Assembly (NCBI GenBank): GCA_965116885.1
Contig: OZ220741.1
Coordinates: 2,912,001 to 2,976,000, forward strand
Length of the DNA: 64,000 nucleotides
Direction: 5' to 3'
Source of the DNA: Candidatus Latescibacterota bacterium
GTDB taxonomy: Bacteria > Latescibacterota > UBA2968
Part shown: positions 9,700-19,039 of the stretch, piece by piece
Numbering within the stretch: position 1 is the first letter of the stretch
How the letters are laid out: each line of letters starts with the position of its first letter
Translations under genes and position numbers: made by a program
Notes under the pieces: model-generated
The model's database searches: none
What the model was told of the DNA's origin: nothing
What the model saw: only the letters and a program-made list of their open reading frames with translations

Positions 9700-10084
9700 T
9701 GGTGGAGGCGGCGGGAATCGAACCCGCGTCCGAAAGCAGTTTGATAACGGCATCTACGTGTGTAGTCTATTCACTTAGAATCTCGCATCCCGCGCCCCAA
9801 CAGACAGGGTCGCTGAGATGCCAGCCCGATGGTTGGGGCTGTGGCCCGCTCTCATCCGGAGGCCCTCGAGCGGAAACCCCCGCACCAGCCTGCTCTCGTC
9901 GGCGCTCTGCCCAGACCACGCAGGCAAGGTCTGAGAGAACGGACTGCGTAACGGTTAGTTAGGCAGCCATTGCGTACGTGTTATCGTCCGCAGTTGCGTT
10001 TTTTCCCAATTGTTTTACGAGGTGATTGGGCACCTCGACACGCAGCTATTATCTCCCCACCCCCGTCGAAGCCGTGTCGCCCCC
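9700..10084 (-). ncRNA. ssrA: tmRNA (transfer-messenger RNA)
   Basis: Minus strand begins GGGGGCGACACGGCTTCGAC and ends GACGCGGGTTCGATTCCCGCCGCCTCCACCA (alanyl acceptor stem with G3:U, T arm, CCA); internal tag frame 9991-9959 encodes ADDNTYAMAA*. Confidence 0.96.
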
Positions 10085-10095
10085 AGCACGTTCAA

Positions 10096-10124
10096 AATAT
10101 ATCTAAGTTAGTACTTCCAGTCAA
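10096..10124 (-). promoter_or_regulatory. Sigma70-type promoter of ssrA
   Basis: TTGACT-N17-TATATT on the minus strand, 11 nt before the mature 5' end. Confidence 0.65.
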
Positions 10125-10152
10125 GCGGTCAGTATGCCAACCACCCACCCCC

Positions 10153-10187
10153 AATTCTTAATTCCTAATTCCTAATTCCTAATTCTC
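10153..10187. repeat. Heptamer tandem repeat (AATTCCT, about 5 units)
   Basis: aattctt aattcct aattcct aattcct aattctc; overlaps the TAG of the gene ending at 10179. Confidence 0.85.
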
Positions 10188-11114
10188 CCTGAACCATTCA
10201 ATTGTCTGTCGCAATCCCTGCTCTGGCGTCACCTGAGGTTTCCATCCCAGGAGTTTTTTGGCCAGGGTGATATCGGGTTGTCGCATTTGGGGATCGTCGC
10301 CGATTTGCGCGTTGGGCATCAGCGCGATTTCGCTTTTGCTTTCGGTTAGTTCAACGATCTTTTTTGCCAGATCCAACATCGATGTTTCACTCGATGGATT
10401 GCCGATGTTTACGGGCGCGTGATAATCCGTGTGCATCAATCGATAGATCCCTTCAATCAGGTCTGAGACATAACAAATACTGCGCGTTTGACTGCCATCG
10501 CCATATACTTTTAGTGGTTCACCTGCCAGTGCCCGATTGACAAAATTGGGGATGGCTCGTCCATCGTTTTTGCGCATGCGGGGGCCATAGGTATTAAAAA
10601 TCCGCACAATCCGCGTATCGATCCCGCTTTCGCGGTGATAGGCCATTGTCATGGCTTCGGCAAAGCGCTTGGCTTCGTCATAGACACCGCGTACGCCCAG
10701 TGTATTGACATTGCCCAAATACGATTCTGGCTGCGGATGCACCAGCGGGTCGCCGTAAATTTCGGATGTTGAGGCCAAAAAAAACTTCGCTTTTTTTGCA
10801 CGCGCCACACCGAGCGCGTTGTGCGTGCCATGTGCGCCCACTTTCAAGATGCGGATGGGATAGCGCGAAAAATCATCGGGGCTGGCCGGGCTGGCGAAAT
10901 GCAACACATAATCCAATGGCCCCTTCACATAGATGTATTGCGTCACATCGTGTTTGATAAATGTAAAACCATCTCGTCCAAACAGGTGTGCGATATTTTT
11001 TGCACGTCCAGTCAATAGATTATCCATGACAATTAGTTCGTGCCCTTCACCCAGCAAACGGTCACACAAATGCGACCCCAAAAACCCCGCGCCACCTGTT
11101 AGTAATATACGCAT
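10179..11114 (-). CDS. UDP-glucuronate decarboxylase family NAD-dependent epimerase/dehydratase
   Basis: [60 protein letters not shown]. Confidence 0.92.
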   Translation of the reverse strand: MRILLTGGAGFLGSHLCDRLLGEGHELIVMDNLLTGRAKNIAHLFGRDGFTFIKHDVTQYIYVKGPLDYVLHFASPASPDDFSRYPIRILKVGAHGTHNALGVARAKKAKFFLASTSEIYGDPLVHPQPESYLGNVNTLGVRGVYDEAKRFAEAMTMAYHRESGIDTRIVRIFNTYGPRMRKNDGRAIPNFVNRALAGEPLKVYGDGSQTRSICYVSDLIEGIYRLMHTDYHAPVNIGNPSSETSMLDLAKKIVELTESKSEIALMPNAQIGDDPQMRQPDITLAKKLLGWKPQVTPEQGLRQTIEWFREN

Positions 11115-11124
11115 ATAGTTCCTG

Positions 11125-12471
11125 TTACAGTTTAAAGACGTGATCTTTCTTTCCAGATACAGCCTGCGTGGCATTGCGCGTATCGACAATACAGCGCGCG
11201 TGCCTTACAATCCATTCATAATCCCAATTGCTGTGATGGGTCACAATCACCACACAATGGGCTTCAGTTATATTTTTTTTATTTAAAGAGGTATTTTTAA
11301 AATCCAAATTTTCTGTCTGCAAGTGATCTACAAACGGATCGCAATACGAGACTTTCGCCCCTTTCTCCTGAAGCATTTCTATAATATCCAATGCCGGCGA
11401 CTCGCGAATATCGCGCACATCGGGTTTATACGTCACGCCCAATATCAGGATGTTCGAGCCTTTCAAACACCGCTCGTATTCGTTGAGTGCGTCGGTGATT
11501 TTTTCGACCACATAGCCCGGCATACTGCGCGTGACTTCACTGGCCAATTCGATAAAGCGCGCATTGTAATTCAAGGTCTTGAGCTTCCAGGCCAGAAAGT
11601 GCGGATCAACCGGGATACAATGCCCGCCCAACCCAGGACCGGGATAAAACGGCATAAACCCAAACGGCTTGGTCGCTGCGGCATCGATTACTTCCCAAAC
11701 ATCCACCCTCAGGCGATCACACATCAGTGCCACTTCATTGACCAGGCCGATATTTACACTGCGAAAAGTATTTTCGAGCAACTTGGTCATTTCAGCAGCC
11801 TGGGTTGATGAGACCGGTACGACTTCGCCGATCAATTGCCGGTAAAAATGCGTGCCTATTTCTGTGCAAGACGGGGTAATACCCCCCACGACTTTGGGCG
11901 TATTGGTGATGGTATAAACTTTATTGCCCGGATCGACGCGCTCTGGAGAAAATACCAGAAAAAAATCTCGACCAACTTTCAAGCCACTTTCTTCGAGCAG
12001 GGGCAATACCAGTTCATGGGTCGTCCCTGGATACGTCGTGCTCTCCAAAATCACCAGTTGTCCGCAGCGCAGTCGGTCTTTGATTGCACCACATGCTTGC
12101 AAAATAAACGAGACATCCGGGTCGCGTGTTTTATTTAAAGGTGTGGGCACGCATACCACAATCACATCGGCCTCATTGAGCACATCGCATTCTCGCGTTG
12201 CTGTCAATTTTCCCACAGCTTTGAGACCTGCTACTTCAAATTCCGATACACCCTGCACATCGGACTTTCCCGATTCTACCAGATCTACTTTGCGCGACGA
12301 TATATCGATTCCCGTGACAGAAAACCCCACCTTGCCCAATTCCACGGATAGAGTCAATCCCACATATCCCAATCCCATCACCGCTATCCGCGCTTCGTGC
12401 GATGCGATTTTTTCCTCCAGCATCTGTCTGGGGTTGGCGATTTCCCGAGGTAATCTTTCCGGTATAGCCAT
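11125..12471 (-). CDS. Nucleotide-sugar dehydrogenase (UDP-GlcNAc 6-dehydrogenase, WbpA/WecC-like)
   Basis: [52 protein letters not shown]. Confidence 0.92.
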   Translation of the reverse strand: MAIPERLPREIANPRQMLEEKIASHEARIAVMGLGYVGLTLSVELGKVGFSVTGIDISSRKVDLVESGKSDVQGVSEFEVAGLKAVGKLTATRECDVLNEADVIVVCVPTPLNKTRDPDVSFILQACGAIKDRLRCGQLVILESTTYPGTTHELVLPLLEESGLKVGRDFFLVFSPERVDPGNKVYTITNTPKVVGGITPSCTEIGTHFYRQLIGEVVPVSSTQAAEMTKLLENTFRSVNIGLVNEVALMCDRLRVDVWEVIDAAATKPFGFMPFYPGPGLGGHCIPVDPHFLAWKLKTLNYNARFIELASEVTRSMPGYVVEKITDALNEYERCLKGSNILILGVTYKPDVRDIRESPALDIIEMLQEKGAKVSYCDPFVDHLQTENLDFKNTSLNKKNITEAHCVVIVTHHSNWDYEWIVRHARCIVDTRNATQAVSGKKDHVFKL

Positions 12472-13400
12472 TATGTTATCCGCTCTGGTCCGATCATTTG
12501 AAGCAATACGGCCTTTTGAATGTGCATGCGATTCTCAGCTTGGTCCACAGCAATGCATCGCTCACTTGCCATGACTTCATCTGTCACTTCATATCCCTTG
12601 TGTGCTGGCAAGCAGTGCATCACATAAGCGTCGGTCTTTTTGAGCAAATCGCCATTGATCTGATATGGCATGAACACTTTGGTGCGTCGTTTTTTTTCTT
12701 CTGAAAATTTTGGATTGTTAAAAAATTCCATATCAATCCACGTATCGGTATAAAGAAAGTCTGCATCGGCAACAGCGGCTTCCAGATCCAGCGTTTCTTC
12801 AAACAATCCGGTTGCACGCGCTGCTTTGACGAGTTCGGGGTCTGCCGATGGCTTGTTGATCTCTGGCGTCACAGCCGTTATGCGTACGCCTGCTTTTGTA
12901 CACGCTGTCACCAGCGAATTGCACACATTGTTCCATATGCCCACATAAACTACATGTGTTCCCGCGAACTTGCCTCGCACTTCCAGGATCGATAGCAGAT
13001 CGCCCAGAGCCTGGCAGGGATGATAGCGGTCACAACATCCGTTGATTACAGGGACTTCGGAGCCAAGGGTCAGCCGCAGTAAATCCTCGTGGTTGAGCAT
13101 GCGCGCCATAATCACATCTGCATATCGCGATAGGACCTGTGCTTCATCGCGTACATCGGCCAATCCAAAATTGGTGGTCATCCAGTCCAAAAATACGGCC
13201 TGCCCCCCCAATTGATGCATGCCTACTTCAAAAGCTACGCGGGTGCGCGTCGATGTTTTCTGAAATAACATCGCCAAAGTTTGTCCCTTTAACAAACCTT
13301 CATAGCGCTCGGGATTCTTTTTGATCACCAGACCCATTTCTACCGCGCGCAAAATATCATCTGGCGACCACGTCTTCAGTGTCAAAAGATCCATGTCCAT
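12471..13400 (-). CDS. argF: Ornithine carbamoyltransferase family (variant substrate loop)
   Basis: STRTR, HPCQAL, HCLPA and QAENR motifs; the usual SMG loop reads DTWIDMEF. Confidence 0.85.
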   Translation of the reverse strand: MDMDLLTLKTWSPDDILRAVEMGLVIKKNPERYEGLLKGQTLAMLFQKTSTRTRVAFEVGMHQLGGQAVFLDWMTTNFGLADVRDEAQVLSRYADVIMARMLNHEDLLRLTLGSEVPVINGCCDRYHPCQALGDLLSILEVRGKFAGTHVVYVGIWNNVCNSLVTACTKAGVRITAVTPEINKPSADPELVKAARATGLFEETLDLEAAVADADFLYTDTWIDMEFFNNPKFSEEKKRRTKVFMPYQINGDLLKKTDAYVMHCLPAHKGYEVTDEVMASERCIAVDQAENRMHIQKAVLLQMIGPERIT

Positions 13401-13483
13401 TTCCTTTCAGTTGAACCGCTGCTACAGCCTGCTCCTGCTGGAATCGTGCAGGGGTTTGCCAGGCCAGGGGGAGTTTCACCGAT

Positions 13484-14437
13484 TCACAATTGTTCGCGCA
13501 CAAGAGATATCAAACGCGCTTGCACTTGACCGACAGAGCCTTTAATCTCGCATCCCGATGCGCGGATATGACCGCCACCATCAAATTGACGGGCAATGCG
13601 GTTGACATCCACTTTTCCCCGCGACCGCAAGCTCACGCGCTGTTGTCCAGGCTCTTGTTCTTTAAAAAATAGTGCGACTTCAACGCCGTCAATCGACATC
13701 GCGTGATCGATCACTCCGTCCAGATCGCCATTCATCGCATGTGTTTTGTGATCGACGTACAATGTGCTGATCTGTCCGTTTTCGTGTAACATTAGATTCG
13801 ACAACGCAAATCCCAGGGTTTTCACCGTTTGATATGTCTGGTGCGAAAACATGTTTTCTGCAATTTGCTGCGGGTCAGCGCCGTGCCCAACGAGTTTAGC
13901 AGCGGCGCGGAGTGCGCGTTCTGGATGCGAATGTTTAAATAGCTTTGTGTCAAATACAATTCCAGCATATAAACACGTCGCGATTTCGGGTGTAAACCCC
14001 GAATTACTACCATACCAGTTTATGAGCGAATAGATCAATTCACTGGCAGAGCTGGCATCTGTATCGATCACCCGTACATCGCCCTTCTTATCTGTATCTA
14101 CATGGTGATCAATCACCAGCGTTTTTGTCGCAGGCCCAATCAGGTTCGCGACATCGCCAATGCGTTTTTTCGATGTCGTTGTATCCACCACCACGAGGCG
14201 CGGTACTACTGGAATCGAGCGGTACACCGATTCTATGCGATCATAGCCCGGCAAAAACCGATATTTGCGATCCGGCGTCTCGTCCGCCACCACAATGCGG
14301 TGCTTTTGGTCCTGGCGCGTCAACCAGTGGCTCAACCCCAACAGAGCACCGAGGCCATCGCCATCGGCATGCACATGCGTTGTCAGCACGAGTTCCTCGC
14401 CTGCCAACAAAAAATTCAGAGCCGCTTGAAAGTTCAT
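13484..14437 (-). CDS. nrnA: DHH/DHHA1 phosphoesterase (bifunctional oligoribonuclease/pAp phosphatase NrnA-like)
   Basis: H..ADGDGLGA, IDHH, GIVFDT, VSLRS, GGGH..ASG. Confidence 0.88.
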   Translation of the reverse strand: MNFQAALNFLLAGEELVLTTHVHADGDGLGALLGLSHWLTRQDQKHRIVVADETPDRKYRFLPGYDRIESVYRSIPVVPRLVVVDTTTSKKRIGDVANLIGPATKTLVIDHHVDTDKKGDVRVIDTDASSASELIYSLINWYGSNSGFTPEIATCLYAGIVFDTKLFKHSHPERALRAAAKLVGHGADPQQIAENMFSHQTYQTVKTLGFALSNLMLHENGQISTLYVDHKTHAMNGDLDGVIDHAMSIDGVEVALFFKEQEPGQQRVSLRSRGKVDVNRIARQFDGGGHIRASGCEIKGSVGQVQARLISLVREQL

Positions 14438-14482
14438 TGTTATATCCAAATGTACATATCAATGCAAGAGGATAGCTATTAG

Positions 14483-15052
14483 TCAATGCTTTGAAATCTG
14501 CTCGTGTTGGCGTTTGCGTTGCAGCAAAATTTGCTGTCGCCGCTTCTGCGAACTGAGTATGGTGAACAGAATATTTACCCGTTTGCGCGCCGCTTGCAAT
14601 ACCTGAACATCCCGCTGGTCCTGATCCTTTAATCGGGACAAATACAGCAGACGCTGGGCCGCATCTTGTAGCGACTTCGCCGAAAACAATACTGATAGTA
14701 TTCCCTGTCGTCCTATTTTGTATATTTCACGCGCACGTTGTGCTATATTCTGTTCGCGATCTATAAGCTGTAACCGGGCCTGCCGAAGCTGTTGTTCGGT
14801 ACGGTCGATTTCATCACTTAGACTATTAATTTTATCAGCGATATTTAGAGATGTGTCCTTCGTCTCTTCACTTTCGCTTTCAGTTTGAGCCGATGCTTCC
14901 TGCGAAGGTTGAGGATTCAAGTTTAAGCTGTCCATCGCCGCTCGCTCAGCTTTCAGGCGCGCTTCTAATGCTGTTATTGTCTGCGCGCTTCCATCGGGTG
15001 ATAATGCGATTAGAAAAGCCATGATATACAATATATACACTGGTTTTTGCAC
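14483..15052 (-). CDS. Secreted coiled-coil protein, EnvC/PcsB-like N-terminal region only
   Basis: Signal-peptide-like start (GTG 15052 after GAGG), heptad-rich, RAREIYKIGRQGILSVLFSAKS motif typical of EnvC/PcsB coiled coils; directly follows ftsX. Confidence 0.62.
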   Translation of the reverse strand: MQKPVYILYIMAFLIALSPDGSAQTITALEARLKAERAAMDSLNLNPQPSQEASAQTESESEETKDTSLNIADKINSLSDEIDRTEQQLRQARLQLIDREQNIAQRAREIYKIGRQGILSVLFSAKSLQDAAQRLLYLSRLKDQDQRDVQVLQAARKRVNILFTILSSQKRRQQILLQRKRQHEQISKH

Positions 15053-15069
15053 GCTATACCTCAACCATT

Positions 15070-15927
15070 CTAAGCGATTTCTCTTAACAGGCGGCTCAGG
15101 GATGCCCAACTGCCTATCGCGCCCAGCACGGTGCCCAATACCACCAGACCGAATGCCAGTTCAACCGTTGGTGCGATTGTCAAATCCGGTACGCGAACAG
15201 CCCACCACGGTGATATATAAGCCATCATCAGAGGTGCCAAAAATCCACCTACAAAGCCCAATAGTGTCCCCCCAACTCCAAAGATCATCCACACAGTCGT
15301 ATTTGTCGCGCCGACCAATCGCATAATCTCAAGAGCATCGCGCTGCGCCAGCACCATCAACTTGGTTGCATGGCTCACTGCAAATGCACACGCAAAACAC
15401 AGCATACACCCAAGTGCGAGCCCAATTCCGGTGATTACTTCAATAAAATTCTCTAAAGAATCCGCCCAAACTTCACCTACGTTTACACCTTCTACAGCAC
15501 TATGGCTGGCTACAGATCTTGCAACGGCTCGAGCGCGGCGCAGCATATTCTCACCGGGAGAAATGCGTACTCTAAGCGAAGCGGGCAATGGATTGCTCGA
15601 AAGCGCATCGACCGTACCCAAACCAAATAGTGACCGAAATTCTTTGGCAGCCGCTTCTGGATCCATATATACAATCCCGCCTACCTCGGGTCTCGCTTCT
15701 AACCTGCGCCGCAACGCGAGTATTCGCTGAGATGAAACACCATCTTTCAGGTAAATGTCTATCTCCACCCGCGCGCGCAATCGGTTAGCCAGCGCGTTTC
15801 CACTCTCGATCACCTGCCAAAAGAACCCCAATACCAGCAGTGAGGCTCCAATGGTCGCCACTGAAATCACACCTGTGATTCCCGTGTACCTGATCCCTTG
15901 CAACGCCTCGCGCAATACTATATTCAT
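15070..15927 (-). CDS. ftsX: Cell division ABC transporter permease FtsX
   Basis: One N-terminal TM, periplasmic domain with NPLPASLRV, EIMRLVGAT, three C-terminal TMs; adjacent to ftsE. Confidence 0.9.
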   Translation of the reverse strand: MNIVLREALQGIRYTGITGVISVATIGASLLVLGFFWQVIESGNALANRLRARVEIDIYLKDGVSSQRILALRRRLEARPEVGGIVYMDPEAAAKEFRSLFGLGTVDALSSNPLPASLRVRISPGENMLRRARAVARSVASHSAVEGVNVGEVWADSLENFIEVITGIGLALGCMLCFACAFAVSHATKLMVLAQRDALEIMRLVGATNTTVWMIFGVGGTLLGFVGGFLAPLMMAYISPWWAVRVPDLTIAPTVELAFGLVVLGTVLGAIGSWASLSRLLREIA

Positions 15928-15944
15928 TTCACTTTTCCATTTGC

Positions 15945-16610
15945 TCAACTTGCAATCTGTTCAATGGCCTCATTTTCCAATTGCAATATTCGCCGCGAAT
16001 ATCGGTCTTCCAACACGGTATCATGTGTCGCTATGAGCACAGCTATTCCACGCACATTTATTTTTTGAAAAATAGCCATCACATGTTCTGTCGCTTCGGA
16101 ATCCAAATTGGCGGCTGGTTCATCTGCCAACAAGATAAGGGGATCATTTACCAGTGCCCGCGCTATTGCTACCCTCAACCGTTCATAAGCCGACAACTCA
16201 TCTGGATACGCATTGCGTTTGTGAAGCAAACCCACATCTGATAATATTGCCTGAGTTTTGCGCTTGATCATGCGCCGCGAAACGCCTGTTACTTCAAGCG
16301 CGAAGGCCACATTTTCAGATACTGTGCGATGGTGCAATAGTTTGAAGTCTTGAAATACTACGCCCACTTGCCTTCGCAACCGCGGGATATCCATTTTTCG
16401 AATTTGCTGCGAGTCGTATTCTCCCACAGATACCACGCCCGAACTGGGTAATTCCTCAAATATAATCAGCCCGAATAGCGCGCGTTTTTCCGCCTCTGTG
16501 TGTCCAGTCAGATAGACGAATTCGCCTTGATTGATCTCTGTGTTGGCATTGATCAATATCGGCTGACCTCGCTGCTCGACTCGCACGTTTTGTAATTTAA
16601 TCACTGGCAT
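15945..16610 (-). CDS. ftsE: Cell division ABC ATPase FtsE with degenerate Walker A and signature motifs
   Basis: IPRLRRQVGVVFQDFKLL, ENVAFALEV, IARALVNDP.ILLADEP, IATHD; Walker A reads GHTEAEKR and signature LSAYE. Confidence 0.88.
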   Translation of the reverse strand: MPVIKLQNVRVEQRGQPILINANTEINQGEFVYLTGHTEAEKRALFGLIIFEELPSSGVVSVGEYDSQQIRKMDIPRLRRQVGVVFQDFKLLHHRTVSENVAFALEVTGVSRRMIKRKTQAILSDVGLLHKRNAYPDELSAYERLRVAIARALVNDPLILLADEPAANLDSEATEHVMAIFQKINVRGIAVLIATHDTVLEDRYSRRILQLENEAIEQIAS

Positions 16611-16652
16611 GATGTACAACTGCATCAGCAGTTCCAATATCCATCTCTTGAA

Positions 16653-17402
16653 TTATTTTTTTAGAACAAAATGCACCCGGTCCGAAAATTTTGTCGGTGG
16701 TGCATATCCAAATCCCCCGTAAGCTCCTACCCTTTCAAAAGGCGATTTATCCACAATTTCTTCAATCGCTGCCAAAGAATAGATCCGCTGTTGATGTACT
16801 TCTTTGACCACTTCATCCGTGTCTTCAAAGTGAATATCAAATTTGTTGTATTGTACACCCTGTTCGTAATAACTGTGCCGCCGATATGAAAATCCATCTC
16901 CCGAATCTTCTGACTCCATATTGCTGAAGTATTGCCTCGAATTGCTCTCTGTACAGATATCGACCACAAAAATCCCGTTGGGATTAACAATGCGATGCAC
17001 TTCATTCAGAGCACGCGCGATCATTTCAGGTGACATCAAATAGTTGATGCTATCGTACAAACACAACACCGCATCACACGGGGGTAAATCGTCTAAATCG
17101 AGCAAATTGCGGTGGTAAAATGGAATGGGATAGTGCAACTTACGCGTCTTTTCTATAGCTACATCCAGCATTTCCCGGCAACCATCTGCACCCATTACAT
17201 CGAACTTCTGACGGTGTAACTCAATTGCCAGACTGCCCGTGCCGCAGGCCAGGTCCAATACGCGATTGGGTTTCACTTTGTGTCGTGCGAGCAGTGATGA
17301 AACATAATGCGCCCAATGCACGTAATCCACATGTCGCATTACGTAATCGTAAATGGTCGCCAGGCGGCTGTACGGGGTTGCCCCAGTTTCGAAGTTTTGC
17401 AT
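16653..17402 (-). CDS. Class I SAM-dependent methyltransferase
   Basis: VLDLACGTG, CLYDSINYL, NPNGIFVVD. Confidence 0.9.
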   Translation of the reverse strand: MQNFETGATPYSRLATIYDYVMRHVDYVHWAHYVSSLLARHKVKPNRVLDLACGTGSLAIELHRQKFDVMGADGCREMLDVAIEKTRKLHYPIPFYHRNLLDLDDLPPCDAVLCLYDSINYLMSPEMIARALNEVHRIVNPNGIFVVDICTESNSRQYFSNMESEDSGDGFSYRRHSYYEQGVQYNKFDIHFEDTDEVVKEVHQQRIYSLAAIEEIVDKSPFERVGAYGGFGYAPPTKFSDRVHFVLKK

Positions 17403-17471
17403 AAAATGAAAAACGGCCAGCCCGTGCCGGCCTTTGCCTTTCTATTTTTTGGGTTCTGACGGGATCGCGTT

Positions 17472-17744
17472 TTAAAAAAACTCTGGTGCCTGTGCTTCAT
17501 CTCGAATAACGCGATAATATTCAGGTGCTCGCTTCCGCGATACATTACCTCGTGGAATCGCCAATACTTCAAATTCCAACAGACGGTCGGAAAACGCAAT
17601 GTTCACCCTTTGCCCTGCGCGCAAAACGCGACTCGCTTTGGCTTTTTGCCCATCTACTGTCACAATTCCATTGTCACACGCTCGTTTGGCTTCTGAACGT
17701 CGTCGCACCAGACAACATGTATTTAGATAGATATCTAATCTCAT
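17472..17744 (-). CDS. S4-domain RNA-binding protein (Hsp15/RqcP-like)
   Basis: MRLDIYL..LVRRRSEAKRACDNG.V.VDG..AKAS. Confidence 0.88.
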   Translation of the reverse strand: MRLDIYLNTCCLVRRRSEAKRACDNGIVTVDGQKAKASRVLRAGQRVNIAFSDRLLEFEVLAIPRGNVSRKRAPEYYRVIRDEAQAPEFF

Positions 17745-17750
17745 ACTATC

Positions 17751-18994
17751 CTATTCCAACCGCACATCCACGTATAATTTCGCCCGCGTTTCTGCCAGTT
17801 TTTCACGGAATAATTCCTGCAAGCGTTCCTGTCCTGCAAATTTCTCTATTGTTGCGGCATCGTCATTGATGCGGAATATATTCCAACCGCCTTCCATTTT
17901 TACGGGCAAACTCACATCACCCGGTTTGAGTGACCGCACCACATCTGCAATTTCGGATGGAAGATTTTCCCTGGGAAGGTCGTCCCTCCAAAATCCGCCG
18001 CGCGATGCTGTTTCTTCAAAGTCGGAATGCTCACGCGCAAGTTCGGCAAAATCAGTTCCGTCTTTAATCTGTTGATACAACGCCATTGCCTTTTGCTGAC
18101 CGGCTTTTTCGTCTTTTTGCAACAAAAACAAAATATGACGCGCCCGCACCTGATCGCCCGAAATTTCCTCGACGAGAATAATGTGAAAGCCAAACTGCGA
18201 TTGTACGAGGTCACTAACCTCGCCGACTTTGAGACTAAAGGCAACGTCTTCAATGCAGGTACCATGGTGCCGCGCCCAAAAAAGCCCAAATCCCCGCCTT
18301 GAGACGCGCTGCCAGGATCTTGTGAGTATTCTTTTGCCAGTGCTGCAAAATCTTCACCTGTCCGAATGCGTTCTAAAACCGCTTCTGCCTGGGGGCGAAT
18401 TTTGTCCTGCTGTTCTGTCGATGCAGCAGGTTCAATAAAAATATGGCTCAATGACACGCTACTCGACTCACCACGGCGGTATTTTTCTTCAAATTCTTTT
18501 ATCTCCCGAGGCGACACACTGACCTGTTGCGCCAGCATTTGACTCATACTGTCTTCTAAATACTGATTGCGAAAGTGTTCTCTGTATTGGTCTCGCATCT
18601 GCCGCTCGGTCAATCCTTCCTTTTTTAATTCTTCGGCAAAATCCGCTGCGCCAAACTGTTCCTTAATGTAGCGAATCTGTGCGCGCACCATTTCTTCCAC
18701 GCGCTCGTCATCTACTTCAATGCTATCTTCACGCGCTCTGACCAATAATAAGTTGCGCTGAATTTCATTTTCCAGAATCTTATTAAACATATTCTCAAGC
18801 TCTGCCTGCGGTACGGTTCGCACATCAATTCTTCGACCGATCAATTCCATCCGCAGCTTGTTTTCCACATCGGAGCGCAACACAATTTTGTCATCTACCA
18901 CTGCTATAATTTTATCCAATAAGATAGGCTCTACATGCGCTGTGCCCGTGAGCAGGAATAATCCGATTAGCAAGTTGATAAATAGCGTTTTCAT
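17751..18994 (-). pseudogene. surA: SurA-like chaperone/parvulin PPIase, frameshifted (or sequencing error)
   Basis: [11 protein letters not shown]-domain and two parvulin domains (SHIFI...[14 protein letters not shown]...GGDLG; ARHILF...[10 protein letters not shown]) split across two frames; one extra T at 18252-18253 would restore [30 protein letters not shown]. Confidence 0.85.
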
Positions 18995-19039
18995 ATCGAT
19001 AAATTCCTCGAAATTGGTGAGACGTCAGCAGCCCAGTTC

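Noticed and set aside
9700..9735. Possible stand-alone tRNA 3' half or attachment-site remnant
   Set aside because: Its matching 5' end at 10084 and the tag frame show it belongs to an intact tmRNA.
8488..9744. 418-aa plus-strand ORF
   Set aside because: Antisense shadow of the GC-rich hydrolase gene; no recognisable motifs.
9613..9753. N-terminal extension of the hydrolase ORF and small ORFs at 9699-10161
   Set aside because: They overlap the tmRNA; RVRFPPPPP is the translated T arm and acceptor stem.
13401..13483. GC-rich hairpin (GCCTG..CCTGC..GCAGG..CAGGC) upstream of argF, loosely like a c-di-GMP-I riboswitch or SRP RNA
   Set aside because: Lacks the GNRA loop, GCAAAGC segment and second stem, and lacks the SRP helix 8 motif; would need an Rfam scan.
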